From an uncultured Gammaproteobacteria bacterium (GTDB taxonomy: Bacteria; Patescibacteriota; Patescibacteriia; Buchananbacterales; UBA6539): DNA of 64,000 nucleotides. This document shows, piece by piece, positions 8,292 through 17,653 of the stretch. A model generated the notes under the pieces. That model saw nothing but the letters and a program-made list of their open reading frames with translations. It was not told the DNA's origin and searched no databases. The DNA lies in NCBI GenBank assembly GCA_964540635.1, contig CAZINP010000003.1:43892-107891 (forward strand), in the 5' to 3' direction. The translations under genes and the position numbers were made by a program. The first letter of the stretch is position 1; each line of letters begins with the position of its first letter.

Positions 8292-8873
8292 TTAGTATTC
8301 TTCGCATTTAATTTGATAATATGCTTGAGCGTGCTGGCAAGACGGGCATTTTGCCGGCGCAATTTTGCCAAAATGAACATAGCCGCATTCTCGACAAACC
8401 CATGAAACTTCCTTTTCTTTTTTGAAGGTGCTGCCATCTTCTACAACCTTGAGAATTTTCATATATCTTTCTTCGTGATGCTCTTCGGCTTTGCCGATAG
8501 CCAAAAGTCTCTGGGCAATTTCATTTAAACCCTCTTCTTTGGCAATGGCGGCAAATTCCGGATACATGGTTGTATGCTCGTAATTTTCACCGGCAATGGC
8601 TGATTTCAGGTTTTCGGCAGTGGTGCCGTAAACGGCCGGGACTTCAGCCTCAACTTTTATATCATCAACCTTGGCGCCTTTTTCTTTTAGTTCGCTTATC
8701 ATTTTAAAGAGTTGAGCAGCGTGCTCGCGTTCATTGTCAGCAGTAATCATAAAAAGTTCGGCATATTGCTCAAACCCTTCTTTTTTGGCGACCTTAGCAT
8801 ACATTGTATAGCGGTTTCGCGCTTGACTTTCGCCAATGAACGCTTTGGCCAAGCACTCAATAGTTCTTTGCAT
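8292..8873 (-). CDS. rbr: rubrerythrin
   Basis: Ferritin-like diiron four-helix region (E...ExxH repeats) plus a C-terminal rubredoxin-like CxxC...CxxC (WVCRECGYVH...CPSCQ). Confidence 0.85.
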   Translation of the reverse strand: MQRTIECLAKAFIGESQARNRYTMYAKVAKKEGFEQYAELFMITADNEREHAAQLFKMISELKEKGAKVDDIKVEAEVPAVYGTTAENLKSAIAGENYEHTTMYPEFAAIAKEEGLNEIAQRLLAIGKAEEHHEERYMKILKVVEDGSTFKKEKEVSWVCRECGYVHFGKIAPAKCPSCQHAQAYYQIKCEEY

Positions 8874-8943
8874 AATTTATAAATTATTAATTATCCCAGA
8901 CATTTTAGCACAGAATAAAAAATTTTAAAAGTATTATTTGATT

Positions 8944-9294
8944 TCATTTTTCTTGATAGTTGTTTAGTAAAATTGTGGTCGGGTACATTGGCCAGCTTCT
9001 GATTACTTCTTGGCAGTCTTGAAATATTGTAAAATCATTCGGATCCTGGCAGTTTAGCGCGCAAACCGCGCGATCGTCCGGATTGCTGTTGTTGGTCAGT
9101 AGATTGTTTGCCCAATCTCGACAATCATTGAAATTGTCATATGTTTTACTGCTGGCGGTAGTCGTTTGGTCCAAAATATCGCCATTCGGATAGTAAATAC
9201 CGCGCCAGTTGGTTTTTTCTCTCGGGGCAAAATAAGAAATTAAAAAAAAGAACAAGCCAAGGACTATCAAAAAATAAATTATTTTATTCATCAT
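8944..9294 (-). CDS. secreted cysteine-rich hypothetical protein
   Basis: N-terminal signal/TM helix; several Cys; overlaps the upstream gene by 11 nt (operon). Confidence 0.4.
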   Translation of the reverse strand: MMNKIIYFLIVLGLFFFLISYFAPREKTNWRGIYYPNGDILDQTTTASSKTYDNFNDCRDWANNLLTNNSNPDDRAVCALNCQDPNDFTIFQDCQEVIRSWPMYPTTILLNNYQEK

Positions 9295-9784
9295 TTTTTT
9301 TAATGTTTAAAATTAATCGGTCAAAATATTCAAAATCATTCTTAGGGTCAGGGGAACATTCTCCATTTGAAAATTTAAGGTTTGACTGGTTGCCGACTAG
9401 GATACTATAGGCCTTTTGGCATGGTCCGGTTTGAATAATTTTAATGATTTCATATTCGCCAGTTATACTTTTTTGCGACTCGGTGATTAGATAATCTTTT
9501 TGATTTTGGAAAGATTCAATTATTTCGTCTTTATTTTGCTGCTTCATTAAATCTAGTTTATATTCCGGCACTCCTTCTTTGGAATTAAACTCCAAAGTTG
9601 TCTTTTGCGATAAATCATTTATTTCAAATCCGTCGGGAAAATAAATTTCGATATTTTCTGGATTTACTTCTATGATATTATCATCAATTTTAATAAAAGA
9701 GAATTCTTGATCCAAATAGCTTTGGCAGCCTGACAGTGCTAATGCAAATATGGTTAAAGTAATTATGCAAATGGCGTTTCTCAT
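9284..9784 (-). CDS. hypothetical lipoprotein
   Basis: Signal peptide with lipobox LALSGC; 166 aa. Confidence 0.45.
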   Translation of the reverse strand: MRNAICIITLTIFALALSGCQSYLDQEFSFIKIDDNIIEVNPENIEIYFPDGFEINDLSQKTTLEFNSKEGVPEYKLDLMKQQNKDEIIESFQNQKDYLITESQKSITGEYEIIKIIQTGPCQKAYSILVGNQSNLKFSNGECSPDPKNDFEYFDRLILNIKKNDE

Positions 9785-9826
9785 ATAATTACTTTAATTT
9801 TAGATTATTTTTTCCTTTTTTTCAAT

Positions 9827-9860
9827 TAAAAAATACGCCCCGAAAGGGGCGTATTTTTTT
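9827..9860. terminator. bidirectional hairpin terminator downstream of topA
   Basis: A5-tacgcccc-gaaa-ggggcgta-T7; the topA stop codon lies in the T-run. Confidence 0.6.
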
Positions 9861-12093
9861 AGGCTTTATATTTACATTCTTTGTTTGAGCATTTTATGGC
9901 GTCATCTTTTGCGTGAACAAGGATTGCGCCGCATTCGGGACATTTTTCATTTTCAGTTTTACCTTCTAAAATTACCGGTTTGCCCCAAAGAGTAAAGTCG
10001 CAATCAGGGTAGCGGCTGCAGCCATAGAACCAACCGCGGCGACTTCTTTTTCCAACGATTTTGCCTTCTTGGCATTTTGGGCAACTGCCTAATTCTTGCG
10101 CTGGTTTTTTCTTAATGTATTTACATTTAGGATAATTTGAACAACCAACAAAAGGTCCAAAGCGGCCTTTTCTTTCCACCAACTCCGATCCGCATTCGGG
10201 ACATTTTTCGCCAACCGGCTTGGGTCCCTCGCCGGGCTGTCCGCCCTCGCCTATAGGTTTGGCGTTTTTACATTCCGGCCAGCCGCTGCAAGCCAAAAAT
10301 TTTCCATATCGTCCCATTTTAATCACCATTGGTTTGCCGCACTTATCGCAAATTTCGTCGGTTTTTGATTCGGTTAATTCTTTTTTGTCTAGCTCCATAT
10401 ATTTTTTATCCAGGTTTTCCTTGAAGGGTCCCCAGAACTCCTTTATGACCGGTTGCCATTTGGTTTTTCCTTCAGAAATATCATCCAAATCATTTTCCAT
10501 TTTTGCGGTAAATTCGTAGTCAACAATTTGAGGAAAATGAGCGACCAATAGATCGTTGACCAAAAAGGCCATTTCGGTCGGTTTTAATTTTTTATCTTCC
10601 TTTTGAACATAACCTCTGTCTTGAATGGTTGAGATGGTCGGAGCATATGTTGAAGGGCGGCCAATGCCGTGATCTTCCAGAACCTTAACCAATGAAGCTT
10701 CAGTGTATCGGGCGGGAGGTTGAGTGAAGTGCTGGTTTGATTGTAAATCAGACAGATCAACTTTTGATTTTTCTTTCAGGGCGGGCAAAATGTTTTCTTT
10801 GGTTTGGACAGGATAAACTTTTAAATACCCCGGAAATTTTATAACCGAACCGTTGGCCCTGAAAGTATAAGTTGTATTTTTAGCGCCAATATCAATTTTT
10901 GTTGCCTCCATAATAGCTTCAGTCATCTGGCTGGCGATGGCGCGCTGCCAAATCAATTGATAAAGCTTGAATTGTCTGGGATCTAAATATTCTTTGACTG
11001 ATTCCGGATCGTTAAAAGCTGATGTGGGGCGGATTGCTTCGTGGGCTTCTTGGGCGGTTTTTGATTTAGCGTGGTAGGTTCGTTTTCCGCTTGTGTAATC
11101 TTTTCCGTATTTATCTTTAATGAAACTTTCAGCTTCGTTTAAAAACTTTGAGGCGAGGTTAAATGAATCAGTTCTCATGTAGGTAATTAAACCAACCTGA
11201 CCTTGTTTACCCAAATTAACACCTTCATATAGCTGTTGGGCCAAGACCATTGTTTGTTTGGCCGAAAAGCCGAGGCGATGGTTGCTTTCTTGCTGCAGGG
11301 TGGATGTGGTAAACGGCGCCGGCGGATTTTTTTTGCCGGCTTTTTGTTCAACCTCTAAAACTTCATATTCGGCGTTTTTTAAATCAGACAGGATTTTGTC
11401 AGCCAAATCTTTGCCCTTGATGCCAAGTTTATCAATTGTTTTGCCGTCCATGGTATTAAGCTTGGCTTCAAATTCGATTTTTTCATCTTTTTCGGGAATG
11501 AATTTTGCGTCAATTGTCCAATATTCTTCAGGGACAAAGGCCTGAATCAGTCTTTCTCTTTCAACGATTAATCTTACGGCAACAGATTGAACGCGTCCGG
11601 CCGATAAGCCCTTGGCGACTTTTTTCCAAAGCAGAGGGGAGAGTTGATAGCCAACCAGGCGATCAAGAATTCTTCTGGCTTGCTGAGCATCAACTAAGTT
11701 TAAATCCAGGTGGCGAGGATTTTTTAAGGCTTCAAGAATGGCTTCTTCGGTGATTTCGTGAAAGACAATTCTTTTTATTTTGTTTGCCGGTGTTTTTAAA
11801 ATTTCAGCCAAATGCCAAGAAATTGCCTCACCTTCGCGGTCCTCGTCAGTCGCGAAGTAAATTTGGTCGGCCTTTTCCGCCAATTTTTTTAAGGCTGTAA
11901 CGTTTTTTCTGGCCTTGGTGGGGATGACATATTGTGGTTCAAAATTATTTTCCGTATCAACACCAAGCTTGCTTTTTGGCAAATCACGGATATGGCCAAA
12001 AGAAGATTCAATTTTAAAATCTTTGCCTAAAAATTTGGAAATTGTTTTTGCCTTTGTCGGTGACTCGACAATGACTAAATTTTTCGTTTTCAT
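9859..12093 (-). CDS. topA: DNA topoisomerase I
   Basis: Toprim (VIVESPTKAKTISKFLG), active-site region, C-terminal zinc ribbons (CDKCGKPM...CSGWPEC, CPECG, CPKCQ). Start set at MKTKNLVIVESP; the longer in-frame extension overlaps the folC terminator. Confidence 0.9.
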   Translation of the reverse strand: MKTKNLVIVESPTKAKTISKFLGKDFKIESSFGHIRDLPKSKLGVDTENNFEPQYVIPTKARKNVTALKKLAEKADQIYFATDEDREGEAISWHLAEILKTPANKIKRIVFHEITEEAILEALKNPRHLDLNLVDAQQARRILDRLVGYQLSPLLWKKVAKGLSAGRVQSVAVRLIVERERLIQAFVPEEYWTIDAKFIPEKDEKIEFEAKLNTMDGKTIDKLGIKGKDLADKILSDLKNAEYEVLEVEQKAGKKNPPAPFTTSTLQQESNHRLGFSAKQTMVLAQQLYEGVNLGKQGQVGLITYMRTDSFNLASKFLNEAESFIKDKYGKDYTSGKRTYHAKSKTAQEAHEAIRPTSAFNDPESVKEYLDPRQFKLYQLIWQRAIASQMTEAIMEATKIDIGAKNTTYTFRANGSVIKFPGYLKVYPVQTKENILPALKEKSKVDLSDLQSNQHFTQPPARYTEASLVKVLEDHGIGRPSTYAPTISTIQDRGYVQKEDKKLKPTEMAFLVNDLLVAHFPQIVDYEFTAKMENDLDDISEGKTKWQPVIKEFWGPFKENLDKKYMELDKKELTESKTDEICDKCGKPMVIKMGRYGKFLACSGWPECKNAKPIGEGGQPGEGPKPVGEKCPECGSELVERKGRFGPFVGCSNYPKCKYIKKKPAQELGSCPKCQEGKIVGKRSRRGWFYGCSRYPDCDFTLWGKPVILEGKTENEKCPECGAILVHAKDDAIKCSNKECKYKA

Positions 12094-12145
12094 ATGGAAT
12101 GATTTAGAAGTAAAAGTCAAAAAACAAAAGTCCGCCAAAGCGGAT

Positions 12146-13402
12146 TTATTTTTTGGTTTTTAATTCTTGATTTTTAAGAATTTCATTTTCGCTTATCCAG
12201 TATTTTCTTAATTCGCCGGCCAGAAAAAATGAGCCGGTTATTAATATTAGATCATTAGGTTTAGCAATTTCAAGAATTGATTCTAATGCCAGTTGAGGGT
12301 CTAAGCTGAAACTGTAATTATTTTTTAATCCCAGTTTTGCCGCCAGTTCTTTAGGTGCCCAGCATTGTTTACCAAACAGGTAGCGAGTCAAAACCACCTT
12401 GTCAGCTTCCTTTATTATTTGACCTAAGACTTGCCTTGGATTTCTCTCTTTGGTCAGTGCAATAATAATAAATAATCTTTGATATGTCAAGTTTTTGAGA
12501 TTTTTAATTAATGAGGCGATTTTGATTTTGTTGTGTGAGCCGTCAATAATTACTCTTGGTTTTTTTTGCATTAATTCAAAGCGCCCAGGTATTTTTAGCT
12601 TAGTAAGCTCTAGGTTTTTAAGCTTTTCGGGCGGGATAAATTTACTTAGAATGGTTTGGGCCACTTTAATATTTGCTTGATGATAATCGGGCAATTTTTT
12701 GGTTTTAATCAGATTAAAATTCGCCTTATTTTTTTGGCAAACCACTTTGAATATCTTTATAACTTTTTTTCGGTTAGAATCAATAGTATAGAAATCGGTT
12801 TTATATTTTATAATTCCCGCCTTTTCCTCGGCGATATCGTTAATTGTTTTGCCTAAAATTTTCGTGTGATCGTAGTCAACAAAATTTACTAAAGCCGTAG
12901 CAGGCGAAGGGATTATATTGCTGGCGTCGTTTTTGCCGCCAATGCCGGCTTCTAAAACCACAAGACGGCATTTTTTATTTTTAAAATATAAAAAGGCAAT
13001 TGCCAAAAGAATTTCATAATACGACGGCCGGCCGTAGCCGGATTTTTGGTAAGTTTTATCAACCGCGGGTTTGATTGTTTCCATCAACTTGGCAAAGTCA
13101 TTCGGCGAAATAAATTTTTTTCCAACCTTAATTCGTTCAATAGTCGTGCTTAGATGGGGAGAAGTGTAAAGCCCGGCACTAATTTTTGCCTCAACCAATC
13201 CATGATGAATCAAATGGGCGATTGTGCCTTTACCGGCTGTGCCGGCAATATGAATGTATTTTAATTTTTTTTGAGGATCACCCAAGGTTTTTAAAAAAAA
13301 TCGCATTCGCGGCAAATAAAAAGACCGGTTGTCCTTAACCGGTTGAGAAACGTTTTTTATTGTTTCTAAATATTTTATGGCTTGAAAATAATTTTCAAAC
13401 AT
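12146..13402 (-). CDS. folC: Mur-ligase family protein, folylpolyglutamate synthase/dihydrofolate synthase-like
   Basis: P-loop IHIAGTAGKGT; ~418 aa; three-domain Mur-ligase layout. Confidence 0.6.
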   Translation of the reverse strand: MFENYFQAIKYLETIKNVSQPVKDNRSFYLPRMRFFLKTLGDPQKKLKYIHIAGTAGKGTIAHLIHHGLVEAKISAGLYTSPHLSTTIERIKVGKKFISPNDFAKLMETIKPAVDKTYQKSGYGRPSYYEILLAIAFLYFKNKKCRLVVLEAGIGGKNDASNIIPSPATALVNFVDYDHTKILGKTINDIAEEKAGIIKYKTDFYTIDSNRKKVIKIFKVVCQKNKANFNLIKTKKLPDYHQANIKVAQTILSKFIPPEKLKNLELTKLKIPGRFELMQKKPRVIIDGSHNKIKIASLIKNLKNLTYQRLFIIIALTKERNPRQVLGQIIKEADKVVLTRYLFGKQCWAPKELAAKLGLKNNYSFSLDPQLALESILEIAKPNDLILITGSFFLAGELRKYWISENEILKNQELKTKK

Positions 13403-13404
13403 AT

Positions 13405-14496
13405 TTATCTGGCTTTAATGTAATTTTGTCCACCCAAATTTTTGACCGAACCCTTTATCTCCATCATTGCGAGAGTGGAATTTACAACACTGATATTAAG
13501 CATACTTAATCTAATTATTTTGTCAACTGGTGTCGGTTCAAAACTAAGAAGGCTAAAAATTATTTTTTCCACTTCGTTGTCGGGAATAATTTGCGCTGCG
13601 CTTTGGAAAAACTTAGCCTCTTTTAGATTGAGTGTTTCAAGAATATCATTTGAGCTTTCCGTTAATACGGCGCCCTGTTTGATTAAAAAATTTGGCCCAG
13701 CTGACAGTGGATTGTAAATACTGCCCGGCACGGCAAAAACTTCGCGGTTTTGTTCCAAGGCATATTTGGCCGTAATCATGGCGCCGGATTTAACGTCGGC
13801 TTCTGTTATTAAAACGCCAAGACTTAGCCCGGAAATAATGCGGTTTCGTCTGGGGAAGTTGCTTTTAAATGGCCTTGTGCCAATTGGAAACTCGGAAATA
13901 ATCGCGCCGTCTTTTTCTATGATCTCTTTGGCCAAATTTTGATTCGCGCTCGGGTAGATTTTTTCTAGTCCACAGCCCAAAACGGCGATGGTTTTTTTGT
14001 TAACCCCAACTGCAGCTTGATGAGCCAAAGTATCTGTTCCTAAAGCCAAGCCGGAAACTATGCTTAAATTGTTTAAGGCCAAGTCCCTTGCCAGTTGAGT
14101 GGTTATCTGTTTGCCATATGAACTTATTTTTCGGGTACCGACAACGGCAAATGGAAAATCGTTTTCCAAATTTAATTTTCCCAAAACTTGAATCATAAAA
14201 GGTGGTTGATGTATTTCTTTGAGCAATTTTGGATAGTTAGAATCATCAAGCTCAATTATTTTAATGCCCAGTTTTTTAACTTTTTCTTCTTCATTTTCCG
14301 GCGAAATTTCTTTTCTTTGAGCAATAATCGTTTCGGCTGTTTTGGAATCAATTCCGGCCTTGGTGATTTCACCAAAATCAGCCTTCCAAAAGTTACGAAG
14401 ATCAAAAAAGTGTTTTTTTATTTTTTTATATCGGCTTGGTCCGATAGTGGTAATCTTGGCTATTCCAAGAAGATATTTTTGTTGATCGTCTTTCAT
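13405..14496 (-). CDS. dprA: DNA processing protein DprA/Smf
   Basis: Rossmann-like DprA core (VVGTRKISSYGKQ...SGLALGTDTLAHQAA...GAMITAKYALEQNREVFAVPG); classic smf-topA linkage. Confidence 0.85.
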   Translation of the reverse strand: MKDDQQKYLLGIAKITTIGPSRYKKIKKHFFDLRNFWKADFGEITKAGIDSKTAETIIAQRKEISPENEEEKVKKLGIKIIELDDSNYPKLLKEIHQPPFMIQVLGKLNLENDFPFAVVGTRKISSYGKQITTQLARDLALNNLSIVSGLALGTDTLAHQAAVGVNKKTIAVLGCGLEKIYPSANQNLAKEIIEKDGAIISEFPIGTRPFKSNFPRRNRIISGLSLGVLITEADVKSGAMITAKYALEQNREVFAVPGSIYNPLSAGPNFLIKQGAVLTESSNDILETLNLKEAKFFQSAAQIIPDNEVEKIIFSLLSFEPTPVDKIIRLSMLNISVVNSTLAMMEIKGSVKNLGGQNYIKAR

Positions 14497-14521
14497 ATAT
14501 ATAATTAATATTAAGTTAGTC

Positions 14522-14550
14522 TTGACAAAAGCCGTTTTTTCTGTTAAATT
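14522..14550 (+). promoter_or_regulatory. promoter TTGACA-N17-TAAATT
   Basis: Consensus -35, 17-nt spacer, AT-rich -10. Confidence 0.45.
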
Positions 14551-14557
14551 GATAAAT

Positions 14558-14702
14558 CTTCAAGAGCTTCCAGGGCTCTGTTTGCCAGCGGCAAAAGTAA
14601 GGTTAACCCTCCTAGCCAAACGATTAGCCAAAAAGCAAAGTTAAGAATGTCTTCTGACATTTGTGACTTTCGCTGGCAAGCAGTGTCCTGGGAGTTTTTT
14701 TT
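14558..14702 (+). ncRNA. candidate structured ~145-nt RNA with a 24-bp imperfect closing helix and a U8 tail (6S-like or SRP-RNA-like topology; identity unknown)
   Basis: 5' strand cttccagggctctgtttgccagcg (14567-14590) pairs with 3' strand cgctggcaagcagtgtcctgggag (14671-14694), 20/24 complementary. An internal hairpin atgtc-ttc-tgacat follows, then T8. No ORF. Confidence 0.35.
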
Positions 14703-14750
14703 AATTAAAAAACGCCCTTTGTCGGGCGCTATGTTGATTTTGTTGTTTTG

Positions 14751-15323
14751 TTAATTAAATTTGTTCATTGCTTTTTCCGGAGAATTAAGAATTGCTTCTT
14801 TGATGGCTAAAACTGTCGTTTGCAAGACGGGTCGTAATATCTTATCATTTTCTTTGCTGATTTTTTTCAAAACAAATTTTTCCGCTGGAATTTTGGTGGC
14901 AATTATCGGTTTGATGCCGATTCGAAAGCGGACGAATTCCTTGGTTCCTGTTTGGTTGATGATTGATTGTATCCCTTTATGGCCGCCGGCTGATGAATTT
15001 TTTGAAATTCTAATTTGACCCAGAGGCAAATCAAATTCGTCATGAATAATCCAAATGTCTTCTGGTTTGATTTTGTAAAATGAAGCCACGGCCAGAACAG
15101 ATTGGCCGGAAAGATTCATATACGTTTGAGGTTTAACCAAAATGACTTTTTCATCAATAATTTTACCCTCGCTGATTTCCGCTTTATATTTTTTAATTAA
15201 TTTTAAATCCGAAAAATTTTCTTTTTCGTCTTTTTTTATTTCATCCAAGGCTTGAAAGCCGACATTGTGCCAGGTTTTCTCGTATTCTTTGCCGGGGTTA
15301 CCCAGGCCGATGATTAATTTCAT
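14751..15323 (-). CDS. pth: peptidyl-tRNA hydrolase
   Basis: MKLIIGLGNPGKEYEKTWHNVGF Pth N-terminal signature; 190 aa. Confidence 0.9.
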   Translation of the reverse strand: MKLIIGLGNPGKEYEKTWHNVGFQALDEIKKDEKENFSDLKLIKKYKAEISEGKIIDEKVILVKPQTYMNLSGQSVLAVASFYKIKPEDIWIIHDEFDLPLGQIRISKNSSAGGHKGIQSIINQTGTKEFVRFRIGIKPIIATKIPAEKFVLKKISKENDKILRPVLQTTVLAIKEAILNSPEKAMNKFN

Positions 15324-15328
15324 ATTTT

Positions 15329-16198
15329 TTATGATTCTTGTCGTTTATAGTAACCTTGTTGTTTTGGTGGCAGCATCTCGCTGATGGCCACGCCAATTTG
15401 TTCAGATTGTTCTTGTAAGGTTTTGTGAACTCTATGGAATTCGGCCAAATCTTCGGGGCTGATTCTATCTTCGGCGGTGATTTCTTCTCCATTTTTTATT
15501 TTTTCTTTCCTTTTTTTTCTTTTTTCAATCACGGTATCAATAATGCCTACATCAATTGGTTCTAGCTCGATTGGTTGGCCAATATGGTAGGTGCCATTTA
15601 ATCTTTTTATTAAAGCTTTAAAACCTTTCCATCCATGAATACTTAGATCATTTTCTTCTCCTTGGATTTCTAGGGCAGTTGGAATTATTTTTGCTCTAGC
15701 TTTTTGAGCTAGATAGATCGGTCCGATACTAGCCCTTGTCATTTTCCCGTCAAGATTGAATGGATGTATGGCAATCCATGGCGTTTTTCCCTCGTCCATT
15801 TTGCTTTCTAGTGAGGCGAAATTATCAGGATTAAATGAACCGGCACGATCAGTCGGGGTTAAATGATAGTCAAGAAAACTAAAATTTTCTTTACCGCCGA
15901 GTTGAAACATTATTTTTTGTCCTACCTCATCGGTCAATAATGATTGGGCGGTAATTTGCATATTAAATTTTTCGCCCAAAGCCTTGATTGCTGCCGGAGC
16001 ATCTAAATTTGATAAGTGTGCGGACGTGACAATATACTTATCGTCATTGCTAAGAGTTTCGAGATTTTCTGATCCTTTTATGGTAAATGATCTTAAGCCC
16101 AACATTAGGGCTTCGGCCCCAAGACGAAGCCTTTTTGGCGTTTCTTGTTTTGTATTTTTTGCATACTCTTCGGGCACAGGGGTGTTGAATTCTGACAT
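15329..16198 (-). CDS. PlsC-like lysophospholipid acyltransferase family protein
   Basis: HLSNLD = acyltransferase motif I (Hx4D); 289 aa. Confidence 0.4.
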   Translation of the reverse strand: MSEFNTPVPEEYAKNTKQETPKRLRLGAEALMLGLRSFTIKGSENLETLSNDDKYIVTSAHLSNLDAPAAIKALGEKFNMQITAQSLLTDEVGQKIMFQLGGKENFSFLDYHLTPTDRAGSFNPDNFASLESKMDEGKTPWIAIHPFNLDGKMTRASIGPIYLAQKARAKIIPTALEIQGEENDLSIHGWKGFKALIKRLNGTYHIGQPIELEPIDVGIIDTVIEKRKKRKEKIKNGEEITAEDRISPEDLAEFHRVHKTLQEQSEQIGVAISEMLPPKQQGYYKRQES

Positions 16199-16209
16199 AT
16201 TGCAGGTAA

Positions 16210-17634
16210 TTATTTTTTTTCGTGAACTTTAACGTTGGTTACTTTAAGGTTAATTGGCGTGCCAATAAAGTCAAACCTTTCTCTGAGTTGATTTTCAATA
16301 AAGCGTAAGTAGGAAAAGTGAACAGAGTCATTGCGACCAATTGATAAATTAAATTGCGGCGGGTTGCTTTTGATTTGCTCCAAAGAGATAAGGCGCGGGG
16401 GATTTTGGCCCTTGGCTTGGGCCGGGTGCTGTTTTTTAACCAAGCCTTTCAGGATGGCGTCAAGCTCGGGCTGGTCGATGATTTTTTTGCGTTGATTGTT
16501 AACGGCCATAACCAAGTCTAAAATTTTATGAACGTTTTTTCCGGTTTGAGCCGAAATAAATATCAGGGGCGCAAAGCTTAAAAATGGAAAATGTCTTTGA
16601 TAGTATTTTAAAAATTTTGAATCGGTTTTTTCGTTTTTCTCTCCAATCAGATCCCATTTGTTTGCCACCACGATAATGCCGGCGCCGGCATCTTTTATCA
16701 TTCCGGCCAAATGCAAATCTTGAACCGTTAGCGGTTTATCGGCTTCGGTAACAAAGATGATGATATCAGCGGCCTTGATTAAGTTTAGTGAGCGGCGAGT
16801 GGAGAGCTTTTCCAGGCCGCGTTCAATTTTAGCTTTTTTGCGCAGCCCGGCCGTGTCAATGATTTCAATTTTTTGATCATTATAAATAATCTCAGTATCT
16901 TGCGGTTCGCGAGTGGTATGGGGAATAGGCGAGACAATTACGCGTTCTTCGCCTAAGATTGCATTTAGCAATGATGATTTCCCCACATTTGGTTTGCCGA
17001 TAATGGCGACTTTCAGGGCTCGGTTTTCGGCTTGGGTTTTTGGTCTGCCTTTTTGACCCTTAACCTTTTTTATCAACTCATCAAGCATATCGCCGGTTCC
17101 GGAACCATTTGCCGCTGAAACCGGCCAGGGTTTACCCAGACCTAATTTGTAGAATTCATTTAGGTTGGTGGCGTATTTTTGGCTGTCTACTTTATTGCTG
17201 ATTAAAAAAATCGGTTTTTTAATTTTTTTTAAAACCAAGGCGAGCTCTTTATCTTCCGGCATCAGACCGGTTTGACCGTCGGTAACCATTAAAATCATAT
17301 CCGCTTTCTGCATTGCCAGTTTGGTTTGTTTGACAATTTCTTTTTCAATTACGTCTTCGGGGAGAGATTCCAGAGATTTTTTGCCGGGCAAAAGCGATTG
17401 AATGCTGTGCTTGAGAGTATTGATGTTTATTCCGCCCGTATCAATTAATTCAAAATTTTTATTGCGCCAAGAAACCAGGCCAACATTATAATCTCTGGTC
17501 GTGCCTTCAATGTCTGAAACCAAAGCTCGGCCGGTTTCGGTTAGACGATTAAAAAGCATTGATTTACCCACATTAATTCGGCCGACAATAACAATCGTGG
17601 TGAGTTTTTTTTCAATTTTGAATTTTTTTTCCAT
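16210..17634 (-). CDS. der: ribosome-associated GTPase Der/EngA (tandem GTPase domains + KH-like C-terminus)
   Basis: Two P-loops (GRINVGKSMLFN and GKPNVGKSSLLN) with DTAG motifs after each. Confidence 0.9.
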   Translation of the reverse strand: MEKKFKIEKKLTTIVIVGRINVGKSMLFNRLTETGRALVSDIEGTTRDYNVGLVSWRNKNFELIDTGGININTLKHSIQSLLPGKKSLESLPEDVIEKEIVKQTKLAMQKADMILMVTDGQTGLMPEDKELALVLKKIKKPIFLISNKVDSQKYATNLNEFYKLGLGKPWPVSAANGSGTGDMLDELIKKVKGQKGRPKTQAENRALKVAIIGKPNVGKSSLLNAILGEERVIVSPIPHTTREPQDTEIIYNDQKIEIIDTAGLRKKAKIERGLEKLSTRRSLNLIKAADIIIFVTEADKPLTVQDLHLAGMIKDAGAGIIVVANKWDLIGEKNEKTDSKFLKYYQRHFPFLSFAPLIFISAQTGKNVHKILDLVMAVNNQRKKIIDQPELDAILKGLVKKQHPAQAKGQNPPRLISLEQIKSNPPQFNLSIGRNDSVHFSYLRFIENQLRERFDFIGTPINLKVTNVKVHEKK

Positions 17635-17653
17635 ATGTGTAAATCAAAAGATT

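Noticed and set aside
12094-12138. N-terminal 15-codon extension of topA (MADFCFLTFTSKSFH)
   Set aside because: The extension overlaps the hairpin terminator of folC. The Toprim domain starts right after the internal Met, which was taken as the start.
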